A stretch of DNA of 64,000 nucleotides from Parcubacteria bacterium C7867-008. Its GTDB lineage: Bacteria > Patescibacteriota > Minisyncoccia > Phycocordibacterales > Phycocordibacteraceae. The notes beneath the pieces are model-generated. The model searched no databases. It saw only the letters and a program-made list of their open reading frames with translations, and had not been told where the DNA came from. The stretch's first letter is position 1. The number at the start of each line of letters is the position of its first letter. The stretch spans positions 22,153-86,152 of the forward strand of contig LFCR01000004.1 in assembly GCA_001189215.1 (NCBI GenBank). The letters run 5' to 3'. A program made the translations under genes and the position numbers. This document shows positions 37,263 to 47,214 of this stretch, one piece after another.

Positions 37263-39335
37263 ATGAGCAACTTTAAGCTCCATATACCGTTTCCACCTGC
37301 AGGAGACCAGCCGAAAGCCATTGAATCGCTTGTACAAGGCGTGAAGGATGGACTGCGGTATCAAACGCTCCTTGGTGCTACCGGAACAGGTAAGACATAC
37401 ACCATTGCTAATATTGTGGCGCAGATTGATAAGCCAACCTTAGTAATGGCCCATAACAAAACACTTGCTGCACAGCTTGCACAAGAGTACCGAGAGTTCT
37501 TTCCCGAGAACGCGGTACATTACTTCGTCTCCTATTACGACTACTATCAGCCAGAGGCATACATTGCACACTCTGATACTTATATAGAGAAGGAAGCTCA
37601 GATCAATGCAGAAATTGATCGACTCCGTCATGCTGCGACTCAAGCACTCCTAACTCGTAAGGATGTGCTTATTGTTGCCTCAGTATCTGCAATCTATGGT
37701 CTTGGCTCTCCAGCACAGTATGAAAAGGTCCATATCAAACTCGTTAAGGGAGGGAAGGAAGATCGTGCGTCACTCATTCGTAAGCTGGTAGGGATCTACT
37801 TCGAGCGTACCAATGCAGACCTTGAGCCTGGAAAGCTTCGAGCGGTAGGGAACTCACTTGAACTTATGCCAGTGAACGAGCGCGCTATATACCGCATCGT
37901 CTTTGAAGGTGAGGAGATTAGTTTGATTGAATGTCTTGATCCGGTATCACGTGCAAAAACAGGGGAGCCAGATTCCCTATTCGTATTCCCTGCAAAACAC
38001 TTCGTATCAAGTGAAGAAGAGCGTAAACATGCGCTTGAAAGTATTCGTGCAGAACTCGATGAACGTCTCGAACAACTTAAGCGTGAAGAGAAGCCACTTG
38101 AAGCAGAGCGTTTGAAACGACGCACACTCCATGACATCGCGCTTATTCGAGAGATCGGCTATTCAGGTGGTATTGAAAACTACTCACGACACTTTGATGG
38201 TCGTGCACCGGGTGAACCACCGCATACATTGCTCTCCTATTTCCCACACAAGAAGGATGGTTCAGCAGACTTTCTTACGGTTATCGATGAATCGCACGTT
38301 GCAGTTTCGCAGATTGGTGGCATGTATGCAGGAGATAAATCTCGCAAAGATATCCTTGTTGAACATGGATTCCGACTCCCCTCTGCACGAGACAATCGTC
38401 CACTGAAGTTTGATGAGTTTGAGAAGCGTATTGGGCAGGTGATCTTCACTTCTGCTACTCCCGGCAACTATGAGAGAGAACACTCAGTTCCCCCTGAAGG
38501 AAAGATCGTGCAACAGATAATCCGTCCAACAGGTCTTGTTGATCCTGAACTAGTGGTGCGTCCTATTAATGAGACCGGAGACTATAAGGGTCAGGTTGCA
38601 GACTTCATTATCGAAGCGGAGAAAACCATTAAGGGTGGTGGTCGTGCACTTGCCACAACCCTTACCAAACAGATGGCAGAAGATCTTGCAGACTTCCTTA
38701 GACAAAAAGGTATTAAGTCTGAGTATCTACACAGTGATATTAAAACAATTGAACGTATTGATATCCTGACCGCCTTCCGAAGAGGAGAATTCGATATTCT
38801 TGTGGGTGTGAACCTCCTTCGTGAAGGACTGGACCTTCCTGAAGTTGAACTAGTGGGTATTCTTGATGCCGATAAGGAAGGATTCCTTCGTTCAGAAACA
38901 TCACTCATACAAACCATTGGTCGTGCTGCCCGTAACATATTGGGGCGGGTGATTCTCTATGCGGATGTTATGACCGGCTCTCTAACCCGCGCTATCGAAG
39001 AGACTGACCGACGCCGTACCATCCAGCTTGCATACAACAAAGAGCACGGCATCACTCCTGTAACAATCAAGAAGGAGATTAAGGATATCGCAGAGAGTAT
39101 GCGCAGTGAACACCAGAAGACCGTACACTCACTCCTTGAGCTTGATGCGAAGCTCTATCAGGAAGATCCAAAGACGTTTATGGCTGATAAGCGTAAACAA
39201 ATGAATGAAGCAGTGGAGGCACTAGACTTTGAAACCGCTGCAATCATTCGTGATGAGATATACACCCTTGAAGGAAAGGAAGTTCCAGAGAAGAAAGCCA
39301 CACGTGCACGCACAGGAAGACGAAAAGGACGATAG
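37263..39335 (+). CDS. uvrB: excinuclease ABC subunit B
   Basis: Helicase motifs (GATGTGKT) and a C-terminal UVR domain (AAIIRDEIYTLEG). Confidence 0.9.
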   Translation: MSNFKLHIPFPPAGDQPKAIESLVQGVKDGLRYQTLLGATGTGKTYTIANIVAQIDKPTLVMAHNKTLAAQLAQEYREFFPENAVHYFVSYYDYYQPEAYIAHSDTYIEKEAQINAEIDRLRHAATQALLTRKDVLIVASVSAIYGLGSPAQYEKVHIKLVKGGKEDRASLIRKLVGIYFERTNADLEPGKLRAVGNSLELMPVNERAIYRIVFEGEEISLIECLDPVSRAKTGEPDSLFVFPAKHFVSSEEERKHALESIRAELDERLEQLKREEKPLEAERLKRRTLHDIALIREIGYSGGIENYSRHFDGRAPGEPPHTLLSYFPHKKDGSADFLTVIDESHVAVSQIGGMYAGDKSRKDILVEHGFRLPSARDNRPLKFDEFEKRIGQVIFTSATPGNYEREHSVPPEGKIVQQIIRPTGLVDPELVVRPINETGDYKGQVADFIIEAEKTIKGGGRALATTLTKQMAEDLADFLRQKGIKSEYLHSDIKTIERIDILTAFRRGEFDILVGVNLLREGLDLPEVELVGILDADKEGFLRSETSLIQTIGRAARNILGRVILYADVMTGSLTRAIEETDRRRTIQLAYNKEHGITPVTIKKEIKDIAESMRSEHQKTVHSLLELDAKLYQEDPKTFMADKRKQMNEAVEALDFETAAIIRDEIYTLEGKEVPEKKATRARTGRRKGR

Positions 39336-39355
39336 GCAGGTGCTATCATACGTTC

Positions 39356-40456
39356 ATGAAGTTAAGTATTCGCATGATGATGGCGTTGCTCTTTGTGGGT
39401 ACGCTCGGTCTCTCATACGGATTTGTACTCTTAACCATTGTCCTACTTGAAGGACAATTAAAAGTCTTGCTCCCTGCAGACGTTCTGCCACAGGTGCTTA
39501 ATGGAGTGCACGCATTGTTGATGTATCAGGTTATCGCTATTGGTGTGGTGGCGGTCGTTCTTGCTATATTGGCATTCCTTATATTGAGTGCGCTGGTCGT
39601 AATACCACTTCGAAAGATTCTTGGTGTAATGGCAGCATTCTCTGAGCGTGGGGAACGGCAAGTAATGCCTGCAGGCGGCATGATGCCTTCTGAACTAAGC
39701 ACTCTTGCCGATGTTCTCTCGAACTACATGGATAGAGTGGAAGCTGCTCATAATAAGGATACAGAGATCTCACGCGTTAAGTCTGACTTTATTTCAACGG
39801 CTGCACACCAACTCCGTACCCCGCTTACGGGTATTCGTTGGGCACTTGAAGCACTTGAACGTGAAGCGCTTTCTCAGGAGCAACAAGTTCTTGTTAAGAG
39901 TGCCGTTGATAAGAGTCATGATCTTGTAGCAATTGTTGGTACGCTCCTCGACATCTCTTCTATTGAATCTGGTAAGTATAAGTACACGTTTGTGCCGGTG
40001 GAAATGAGTCAGCTCGTTTCTGAAGTAACGACAGACTTCTCAACGCTCGCCTCACAGCGTAAAGTTGCGCTTAACTACGTTCCAAGCAAAGATCCTCTCC
40101 CAGAGGTAAAAGCAGATCGTGATCGCATCAAGTGGATTCTTAATAACCTTATCGAGAACGCCATTCGGTACACGCCAGATGGTGGATCAATCACTGTTTC
40201 AACAAACCTAGCAGCAAGGCAGGTACAGGTGCGGGTGCGCGATACAGGTATTGGTATTCCAGAGAAGGAACGAGGAAACATATTTGAACGCTTCTTCCGT
40301 GCTGGCAACGCTATCACCAAGGAGAACCAGGGAAATGGTTTAGGTCTGTATATCGCCCGCACCATTGCCACAGACCACGGTGGTGACCTTGATTTCATAG
40401 CTAATACAGAGGGTCCAGGCACCACCTTTATCCTTTCATTCCCAATTCCAGGCTAG
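39356..40456 (+). CDS. sensor histidine kinase
   Basis: TM N-terminus, H-box AAHQLRTPLTG, and N/G1/G2 boxes. Confidence 0.85.
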   Translation: MKLSIRMMMALLFVGTLGLSYGFVLLTIVLLEGQLKVLLPADVLPQVLNGVHALLMYQVIAIGVVAVVLAILAFLILSALVVIPLRKILGVMAAFSERGERQVMPAGGMMPSELSTLADVLSNYMDRVEAAHNKDTEISRVKSDFISTAAHQLRTPLTGIRWALEALEREALSQEQQVLVKSAVDKSHDLVAIVGTLLDISSIESGKYKYTFVPVEMSQLVSEVTTDFSTLASQRKVALNYVPSKDPLPEVKADRDRIKWILNNLIENAIRYTPDGGSITVSTNLAARQVQVRVRDTGIGIPEKERGNIFERFFRAGNAITKENQGNGLGLYIARTIATDHGGDLDFIANTEGPGTTFILSFPIPG

Positions 40457-40474
40457 TGCTATAATTTATCTACT

Positions 40475-41233
40475 ATGGCTGAAACGAAATTCATTCTTGT
40501 TGTTGAAGACGACCCAATCCTTAAAAACCTTCTTGGGCATACCTTTGCTGGCAAGTACCAGACGCTGTATGCATCAAATGGCGCAGAGGCTCTCGCTCTC
40601 ATAAATCAGTACACTCCTGCGGTTATCCTTCTGGATCTCATGCTTCCTGACATGGACGGGTTCACTATTCTTCAGAACATCCGAGCACGTGCTGATGCTG
40701 CAAAGTCTGTTCCGGTTATTATCGTTTCTAACCTTGGCCAGCAAGCAGATAAGGATCGTGCACTTTCAATCGGCGCTAACGACTACATCGTAAAAGCAGA
40801 AGTTGATATCGAGGAGATTGTTGGACGTATTGAAAAGATGCTTGGTACCACTCCAGAAACAGCTCCTGCTCCTGGAGTGCCATCAATGGCAATGCCTTTG
40901 GTAAACCCAGATCCAACACTGGTGCAGGCGCCAATGTCTATACCAACAGCAACGGGTCCAATAGGGATGGCCATGACTCCAACACCTACACCCGTTCCTG
41001 CGCCAGAACCAGTAGCGCCTGTTATGCCAGTTAGTGTTCCTATGCCAGCTCCTATGCCTGAACCAGTAGCACCGATTGCTATGGCAATGCCAGAGCCTGT
41101 AGCAGTTGTAATACCTGCTGCTCCAGCTCCCGCAGCTGCACCTCAGATGCCTGACGCACTTTCTGGTCTTATGCCAAGCAATCCAGATGCAAGCCTTGCT
41201 GAAGGCACTCAAGAGAAACCCTTCATCGTTTAA
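40475..41233 (+). CDS. response regulator receiver protein with a Pro/Ala-rich C-terminal tail (no recognisable output domain)
   Basis: REC domain (VVEDD...LLDLMLPDMDG). The C-terminal ~120 aa are PAP/MP repeats. Confidence 0.75.
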   Translation: MAETKFILVVEDDPILKNLLGHTFAGKYQTLYASNGAEALALINQYTPAVILLDLMLPDMDGFTILQNIRARADAAKSVPVIIVSNLGQQADKDRALSIGANDYIVKAEVDIEEIVGRIEKMLGTTPETAPAPGVPSMAMPLVNPDPTLVQAPMSIPTATGPIGMAMTPTPTPVPAPEPVAPVMPVSVPMPAPMPEPVAPIAMAMPEPVAVVIPAAPAPAAAPQMPDALSGLMPSNPDASLAEGTQEKPFIV

Positions 41234-41291
41234 TTAGAGGGTAAGCGCAAAATAGACGAATGCGCTATACTCACTACGTACCGGTCCCGCC

Positions 41292-43973
41292 ATGGACTGG
41301 GGCAATTCCATAGACATGAAGAAAACGTCAAAGACGACAGAAGACGCACACGCACAATTCACCGGTGAGAACTGGATTGAGGTGAAGGGTGCACGTACGC
41401 ACAATCTTAAGAACCTCTCGGTAAAACTACCGAGAGGAGCTATGACCGTGCTCACTGGACTCTCTGGTTCCGGCAAGTCTTCTCTAGCGTTTGATACCAT
41501 CTTCGCCGAAGGTCAGCGTCGCTATGTGGAATCGCTTTCAGCCTATGCCCGCCAATTTCTCAATCAAATGCAGAAGCCAGATGTGGATGAAATCACTGGC
41601 CTTTCTCCTGCCATTTCTATAGACCAGAAGTCTCGTTCTAATAACCCTCGTTCAACCGTAGCCACCGTAACCGAGATCTACGACTATCTTCGCGTCCTCT
41701 ATGCACGTGCAGGCCAGCCGTATTGTACGCAGCATGATGTACCTATCGCGCGTCTGTCAAAGGAAGAGATGATTCGTTTGGTGTGGAATAAGGTACAGGC
41801 TAAGACTGGTGAGGGTGAAAGGGTAATGGGTGTTGAGTTTGATCGTTCAACGGTAACCATCTATGCGCCTGTAGTGGTGGGACGTAAGGGTGAATACTAC
41901 CAACTCCTTTATGATCTTCTCGGTCGTGGGTATGAGCGTGTGGTGATTAACGGTACGGAGCAATCTCTACGTGAGAAGGCTGTTCTCGATCGTAACAAGC
42001 GTCATGAGATTGATGCCGTAGTAGATTCTATTTTTGTGTCTGAGTTCGTTCGTACTCCAGACGGTGCACGTGAGCGTCTTTCAGAAGCACTTGAGCTCGC
42101 ACTTAAGGAAGCAGACGGTCTTGTGAAGATAAAGCACGCAGACGGCACTATTGAGACACTGTCTTCAAAGTTTATTTGTCCGGACGATGGCATGTCATTC
42201 CCAGAAGTGGAGCCTCGTCTCTTCTCCTTCAACAGTCCTTATGGTGCCTGTCCTGCCTGTAACGGACTCGGCACCAAGTCTCTCTTCTCTGATGAGATTT
42301 GCCCGGTATGTGAAGGGAAGCGTCTGCGTCCTGAAGCGCTCCGTGTGTATCTTGCCCAGAAGAAGAATACCAAGGAGCATCCACTTGGTCGTAACGTTGT
42401 TGATTTTACTGACTTCTCAATTAAGGACGCCAAGGATTTTATGGATAGTCTGCAGCTCTCTGATATGCGCATGGAGATTGCGAAACCAATCATTCGTGAG
42501 ATCACCGCACGTCTCGACTTCATGTTGAACGTTGGTCTTGATTACCTCACCCTCAACCGTTCTGCAGCAACACTCTCTGGTGGAGAGTCTCAGCGTATTC
42601 GTCTCGCCTCACAACTTGGTACCGGTCTTGTGGGTGCGCTTTATGTGCTAGATGAGCCAACCATTGGACTTCATCAACGTGATAACGATCGTCTTATCAA
42701 AACCATGCTCACCCTTAAGGAGTTGGGCAACACTATTCTTGTGGTGGAGCACGATGAAGATACGATCTACGCAGCAGATTACATCGTAGACATCGGCCCA
42801 GGAGCTGGAGTGCATGGGGGACGAGTGGTAGCGGAAGGATGGCTTGATGATCTCCTCACCGCACCTAAGAACGACTCTGGTTCACTTACCCTTTCATATC
42901 TTCGCGAAGAGACACGTATTGAGCTTCCTGAAGAGCGTCGTACCAGCGACAAGGGGAGTATCAAAGTTAAGGGAGCAACACTCCATAATCTTAAGAATCA
43001 GAATGTTGATATCCCTCTTGGAAAGCTCGTTTGCATCACTGGTGTGTCTGGTTCAGGAAAGTCCACATTCCTCTATGACATTCTCCACCGTAACGTAGCA
43101 GCACGTTTCGCTAAGCGTGAAGTGAAACTTGAACATGTCGCCAGCATGACCGGTACCGAGTATCTCGGGCGTGTGGTGCTTATCGACCAGTCTGCCATTG
43201 GTCGTACACCACGATCTAACCCTGCTACATACACAGGAGCATTCACCCATATTCGTGATCTCTTCTCTTCAACCAGTGAAGCGCGTGCTCGTGGATGGAA
43301 GCCAGGACGCTTCTCATTCAACGTGCCAGGTGGTCGCTGTGAGGCATGTCAGGGCAACGGAATGATTGCCGTGGAGATGCACTTCCTTCCAACGGTGTAT
43401 GTAACGTGTGACGTGTGCGAAGGAAAGCGATTCATGAAAGAAACACTTGAAGTTACCTATCGTGGAAGGAATATTCACGACGTTCTTCAGATGACGGTGG
43501 AAGAGGCAGCTAAGTTCTTCGAAGATATTCCATCTATCGGTGAACGTCTCGAAACACTTAAATCAACCGGTCTTGAGTATCTGACCCTAGGACAGTCTGC
43601 AACCACACTTTCTGGTGGTGAAGCGCAGCGTGTAAAGATTGCGTCTGAACTCTATCGTCCAACCACCATGAAGACGCTCTATCTTCTCGATGAACCAACG
43701 GTGGGTCTGCACTATGAAGATGTTCGCAAGCTTATTGAGATTCTTCAGGAGCTTGTTCGTCGTGGAAACACTGTTGTTGTGATTGAACACAATCTCGATC
43801 TCGTAAAATCTGCGGACTATCTCTTGGACTTTGGCCCTGAGGGTGGTATCAAGGGAGGAAAGGTTATTGCAAAGGGAACTCCAGAGGAAGTATCAGAAAC
43901 AGAAGGCTCTTATACCGGAGAATATCTAGCAAAGATTCTTAAGAAACATCGTAAGAAAGTAAAGGAGGCATAA
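41292..43973 (+). CDS. uvrA: excinuclease ABC subunit A
   Basis: Two ABC modules with zinc-finger insertions (CPAC, CEAC). An alternative start lies at 41316. Confidence 0.9.
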   Translation: MDWGNSIDMKKTSKTTEDAHAQFTGENWIEVKGARTHNLKNLSVKLPRGAMTVLTGLSGSGKSSLAFDTIFAEGQRRYVESLSAYARQFLNQMQKPDVDEITGLSPAISIDQKSRSNNPRSTVATVTEIYDYLRVLYARAGQPYCTQHDVPIARLSKEEMIRLVWNKVQAKTGEGERVMGVEFDRSTVTIYAPVVVGRKGEYYQLLYDLLGRGYERVVINGTEQSLREKAVLDRNKRHEIDAVVDSIFVSEFVRTPDGARERLSEALELALKEADGLVKIKHADGTIETLSSKFICPDDGMSFPEVEPRLFSFNSPYGACPACNGLGTKSLFSDEICPVCEGKRLRPEALRVYLAQKKNTKEHPLGRNVVDFTDFSIKDAKDFMDSLQLSDMRMEIAKPIIREITARLDFMLNVGLDYLTLNRSAATLSGGESQRIRLASQLGTGLVGALYVLDEPTIGLHQRDNDRLIKTMLTLKELGNTILVVEHDEDTIYAADYIVDIGPGAGVHGGRVVAEGWLDDLLTAPKNDSGSLTLSYLREETRIELPEERRTSDKGSIKVKGATLHNLKNQNVDIPLGKLVCITGVSGSGKSTFLYDILHRNVAARFAKREVKLEHVASMTGTEYLGRVVLIDQSAIGRTPRSNPATYTGAFTHIRDLFSSTSEARARGWKPGRFSFNVPGGRCEACQGNGMIAVEMHFLPTVYVTCDVCEGKRFMKETLEVTYRGRNIHDVLQMTVEEAAKFFEDIPSIGERLETLKSTGLEYLTLGQSATTLSGGEAQRVKIASELYRPTTMKTLYLLDEPTVGLHYEDVRKLIEILQELVRRGNTVVVIEHNLDLVKSADYLLDFGPEGGIKGGKVIAKGTPEEVSETEGSYTGEYLAKILKKHRKKVKEA

Positions 43974-44039
43974 AAGGAAGGAGGCGGAAGACCATTACAG
44001 TCGTCCGCCTCGATATTTCCCCAATGTACTTGTGTTTGC

Positions 44040-44402
44040 CTATTCAGCCGCGTGAAGGACCGCCACCGGCTCCTCCAAGGACGATTCCCAACAGGATTCA
44101 CTGCAGAGCAGCGTGATCCTGAAAGCCGGACACTCGTCCGTCGACACGATCACGAAGCGATCACAGGGGTGACCATGCAGCGAATCATCCGGACGGTACC
44201 CACAGTCTCCGTCCTTGATGTGCTTCACGCTGGCGAAGTGCAGCACGTTCACGCCGAGGCGAACGGCGATGCTTCTGAGGAACGAACCTTCTTCATGGTC
44301 GGCGAATCCGCCAGCCATGAAAACACGTTCGCTCTTGAGGTCGATCTCTCCAGAGCCTTTAGCGCGATCACGGACCGCGCGCATTCCTGAAATGCTTACC
44401 AT
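44040..44402 (-). CDS. hypothetical protein (about 120 aa), GC-rich insert between uvrA and uvrC
   Basis: Opposite strand to the uvr genes. About 57% GC. Contains the weak motif RVFMAGGFADHEE. Confidence 0.45.
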   Translation of the reverse strand: MVSISGMRAVRDRAKGSGEIDLKSERVFMAGGFADHEEGSFLRSIAVRLGVNVLHFASVKHIKDGDCGYRPDDSLHGHPCDRFVIVSTDECPAFRITLLCSESCWESSLEEPVAVLHAAE

Positions 44403-44479
44403 GTGTTCTCTCTCCACAAAACCTTAAATACCATAGCGTAATTCGCCCTAATGTCAATTTACTGGCATACTAACTATCT

Positions 44480-45733
44480 ATGCAGCGTGGTGAATTAGCA
44501 AAGTTTGATCTTCCAGATTGCCCCGGTGTCTATCTGTTTACACAGGGTAAAGGGAAGTCTAAGAAGGTCTTGTACGTAGGTAAGGCAACTTCCCTGCGTG
44601 ATCGCGTACGTTCCTATTTTGATATTGAGCTCATAGCTACCCGTGGCCCTCGTATTGTGGACATGGTCACGCAGGCAGATGGAATGATGCACGAAACCAC
44701 ACCTACGGTACTTGAAGCGTTGGTTCGTGAAGCAGCGCTCATTCGTCACTACGATCCACCAGCAAATACCTTAGGAAAGGACGGAAAGTCTTTTCTCTAT
44801 GCCGTTATCACTGATGAGCAGATTCCACGAGTACTTGCGATACGAGGCAAAGATATAGATTTTGATAATCTACGTGCTGGAGAGACCAAACTTAAATCTA
44901 CCTACGGACCGTTCCCGTCCGGCTTCCAGTTACGAGAGGCACTTCGTCTCATACGTCGTATCTTTCCCTTCTATGACACATCACGCCCTGTAGGAGAAGG
45001 AAATAAGCACCTGCAAGCAAAAGTAGAATTCAATCGTCAGATTGGGCAGTACCCAAAAGATATGAGCAAGAGTGAATACATGCGTTCTATTCGTAACGTT
45101 GGTATGTTCCTAGCGGGTAACGTAAAGGCACTTCGTACCCAGTTAACTAAGGACATGAAAGCTGCTGCTAAGGCAGAGAACTTTGAAGATGCTGCAGTAA
45201 TGAGAAAGCAGTTATTTGCACTCGATCATGTTCAGGATGTGTCTCTAATCAAAGAGGATCGTGGAGAAGATAAAGCAGCACCACGAATTGAAGCCTATGA
45301 CACGGCACATCTTTCAGGTACCAATGCCATCGGTGTTATGACAGTGATTGAGAATGGAGTAACGGTAAAGCGAGACTATCGCACCTTCCGCATTCAAGGT
45401 CGAGGAGGTAAGTCTACCAATGATGATATTGCATCTCTTAAAGAGATACTTTCACGCCGTCTAGGGCACCCAGAATGGCCTATGCCACGAGCAATAGTGG
45501 TGGATGGTGGTAAGACACACAAGAAGGCTGCAGAGGATGTCCTGTCTCAGTATCAGATTGGTATACCAGTAGCAGCGGTAGTGAAGGATGATAAACACCG
45601 CCCCCGTGAAGTGCTTGGTGCACTACGAGCTGGTATCACTGAAGCGGATGCAGTCCTTGCTAACAGTGAAGCGCACCGATTCTCCATAACACTTCACCGT
45701 AAAGCTCGGTCCAAAAGCATGCGTAAAGGATAA
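44480..45733 (+). CDS. uvrC: excinuclease ABC subunit C (short form)
   Basis: N-terminal GIY-YIG (GVYLF...VLYVGKA), UvrBC-interacting region, and RNase H-like endonuclease EAYDTAHLSG. No C-terminal HhH. Confidence 0.8.
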   Translation: MQRGELAKFDLPDCPGVYLFTQGKGKSKKVLYVGKATSLRDRVRSYFDIELIATRGPRIVDMVTQADGMMHETTPTVLEALVREAALIRHYDPPANTLGKDGKSFLYAVITDEQIPRVLAIRGKDIDFDNLRAGETKLKSTYGPFPSGFQLREALRLIRRIFPFYDTSRPVGEGNKHLQAKVEFNRQIGQYPKDMSKSEYMRSIRNVGMFLAGNVKALRTQLTKDMKAAAKAENFEDAAVMRKQLFALDHVQDVSLIKEDRGEDKAAPRIEAYDTAHLSGTNAIGVMTVIENGVTVKRDYRTFRIQGRGGKSTNDDIASLKEILSRRLGHPEWPMPRAIVVDGGKTHKKAAEDVLSQYQIGIPVAAVVKDDKHRPREVLGALRAGITEADAVLANSEAHRFSITLHRKARSKSMRKG

Positions 45734-45777
45734 CTTCCTTGACGTATTTCTATACAGGAGTATCTTCACTTCTACGG

Positions 45778-46135
45778 ATTGAGGCACCGGTACCGATGGG
45801 ACCACCGTTGCTGTCCGTAGGGGGAGTTCACATGGACTTTGTTTTTAAGTTGCGTTGTAGCGTGAGGTAGCTGGCCACCGATTGCCAGTGATCCTTACGC
45901 GGCGGTAATCACAGCCGGGCACATTCTGCTGGCACAGCCGCCACCAGCAAACCCCCGACCGACTTGCACTACCTGGGCACATAGGCGGAGCATCGGGTTA
46001 CAGAACAGGGATACATACCTCCAAAGGCGTGACCGCTATACGCGCACGCGATGCCTTCAAAGGCTGGAAGGGAGTAACACCGGGGCGACGCAGCTGCCAC
46101 ATGCAGCAACGCGTCGCCCCATTCCTTTTGACTGC
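45778..46135 (+). ncRNA. candidate structured ncRNA or gene remnant (family not identified)
   Basis: A roughly 360 nt GC-rich region with no credible ORF. Promoter-like TTGACG-16-TATCTT at 45741-45770. Internal stems. Ends in a strong terminator. Confidence 0.25.
46082..46130 (+). terminator. hairpin ggggcgacgc-N19-gcgtcgcccc plus attcctttt
   Basis: Perfect 10 bp GC stem followed by a T-run. Confidence 0.6.
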
Positions 46136-46149
46136 TATACTCTTTTCAT

Positions 46150-47133
46150 ATGCGTGGCACAGTAGTTGGAGTATTGCGCGGAGGTCCTTCACGAGAACAT
46201 GAAGTGTCACTTGCCAGTGGTCATGCGATCATCGCCAACCTTCCAAAGGAACACTTCACCGTTCGTGATATATACATAGACAAGCAAGGTGTGTGGCATG
46301 AACGTGGTCGTGTAGTAACACCACATCGTGCACTTCATTCAGTGGATGTGGTCATCGTTGGCCTCCACGGTGAATATGGAGAAGATGGAGAAGTACAGAA
46401 GCTCCTAGAGAAGAGTGGAGTTCCATACACTGGCTCAGATTCCTTTTCATCCTTTGTGGCAATGCACAAAGTGCTTTCTAAGGAGAAAGCAAAGCAAGCT
46501 GGACTCAAGACTCCCAACTACTACTACATAGAAGAAAGTACTCCACCACATCATGTGGAGCAGATGTTGCGTGATGTCGTGCGAACGTACCCACAACCAG
46601 TAGTGGTGAAGCCAACACGATGGGGATCATCCGTAGGGATAACTATGACAACGGGCTATGCACCACTTCATACCGCTGTAACAGGCCTTTTGGCGCAAGG
46701 AGCAGGTGGTGTATTGGTTGAAGAGTATATAAGAGGGACTGAAGCCACCACCGCAGTAGTAGAGGATATGCGTGGAGAGAAACTCTATGCACTACCATCA
46801 ATAGAAATCATTCCGCCAACATCAGACTTCTTCTCTTATCAGGCAAAGTATTCAGGCGACACACGAGAAATCTGCCCAGGACGTTTTGATAAGCAAACAC
46901 ATGCAGAACTAGAGCGTCAGGCACGCCTTATGCACGATGTACTTGGTCTCAGACACTATTCACGTTCTGATTTCATCGTCACCCCTAAAGGTATCTACTA
47001 CCTTGAAACCAATTCTCTGCCTGGATTAGCCCCCGAATGTCTCCTACCCAAGTCCCTTGATGCGGTAGGGGTATCATTCAGTGATTTCCTATCCCACTTG
47101 GTTGCACTTGCACGGGCAGGCAAGAAACGGTAA
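46150..47133 (+). CDS. ddl: D-alanine--D-alanine ligase
   Basis: ATP-grasp with an N-terminal Ddl domain (VLRGGPSREHEVSLASG). Confidence 0.85.
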   Translation: MRGTVVGVLRGGPSREHEVSLASGHAIIANLPKEHFTVRDIYIDKQGVWHERGRVVTPHRALHSVDVVIVGLHGEYGEDGEVQKLLEKSGVPYTGSDSFSSFVAMHKVLSKEKAKQAGLKTPNYYYIEESTPPHHVEQMLRDVVRTYPQPVVVKPTRWGSSVGITMTTGYAPLHTAVTGLLAQGAGGVLVEEYIRGTEATTAVVEDMRGEKLYALPSIEIIPPTSDFFSYQAKYSGDTREICPGRFDKQTHAELERQARLMHDVLGLRHYSRSDFIVTPKGIYYLETNSLPGLAPECLLPKSLDAVGVSFSDFLSHLVALARAGKKR

Positions 47134-47169
47134 AGTTTCCCCTATAGAAACGGCTTTTAGTCGTTTCTA

Positions 47170-47214
47170 TGCGGGCCGTTAGCTCAGTTGGTAGAGCGCT
47201 TCATTTGCAATGAA
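47170..47214 (+). pseudogene. truncated tRNA-Ala(UGC) gene, 5' half only (acceptor 5' strand, D-arm, anticodon stem-loop TTTGCAA)
   Basis: GCGGGCCGTTAGCTCAGTTGGTAGAGCGCTTCATTTGCAATGAA. No T-arm or acceptor 3' strand downstream. Overlaps the 3' end of the recombinase gene. Confidence 0.55.

Noticed and set aside
45778-46135. RNase P RNA, tmRNA or SRP RNA identity for the GC-rich non-coding region
   Set aside because: Hallmark motifs (GGAAAGUCCGGGC, ACAGAACCCGGCUUA, tRNA-like T-arm, GGAAGCAGC) are not seen. Left as an unclassified candidate.
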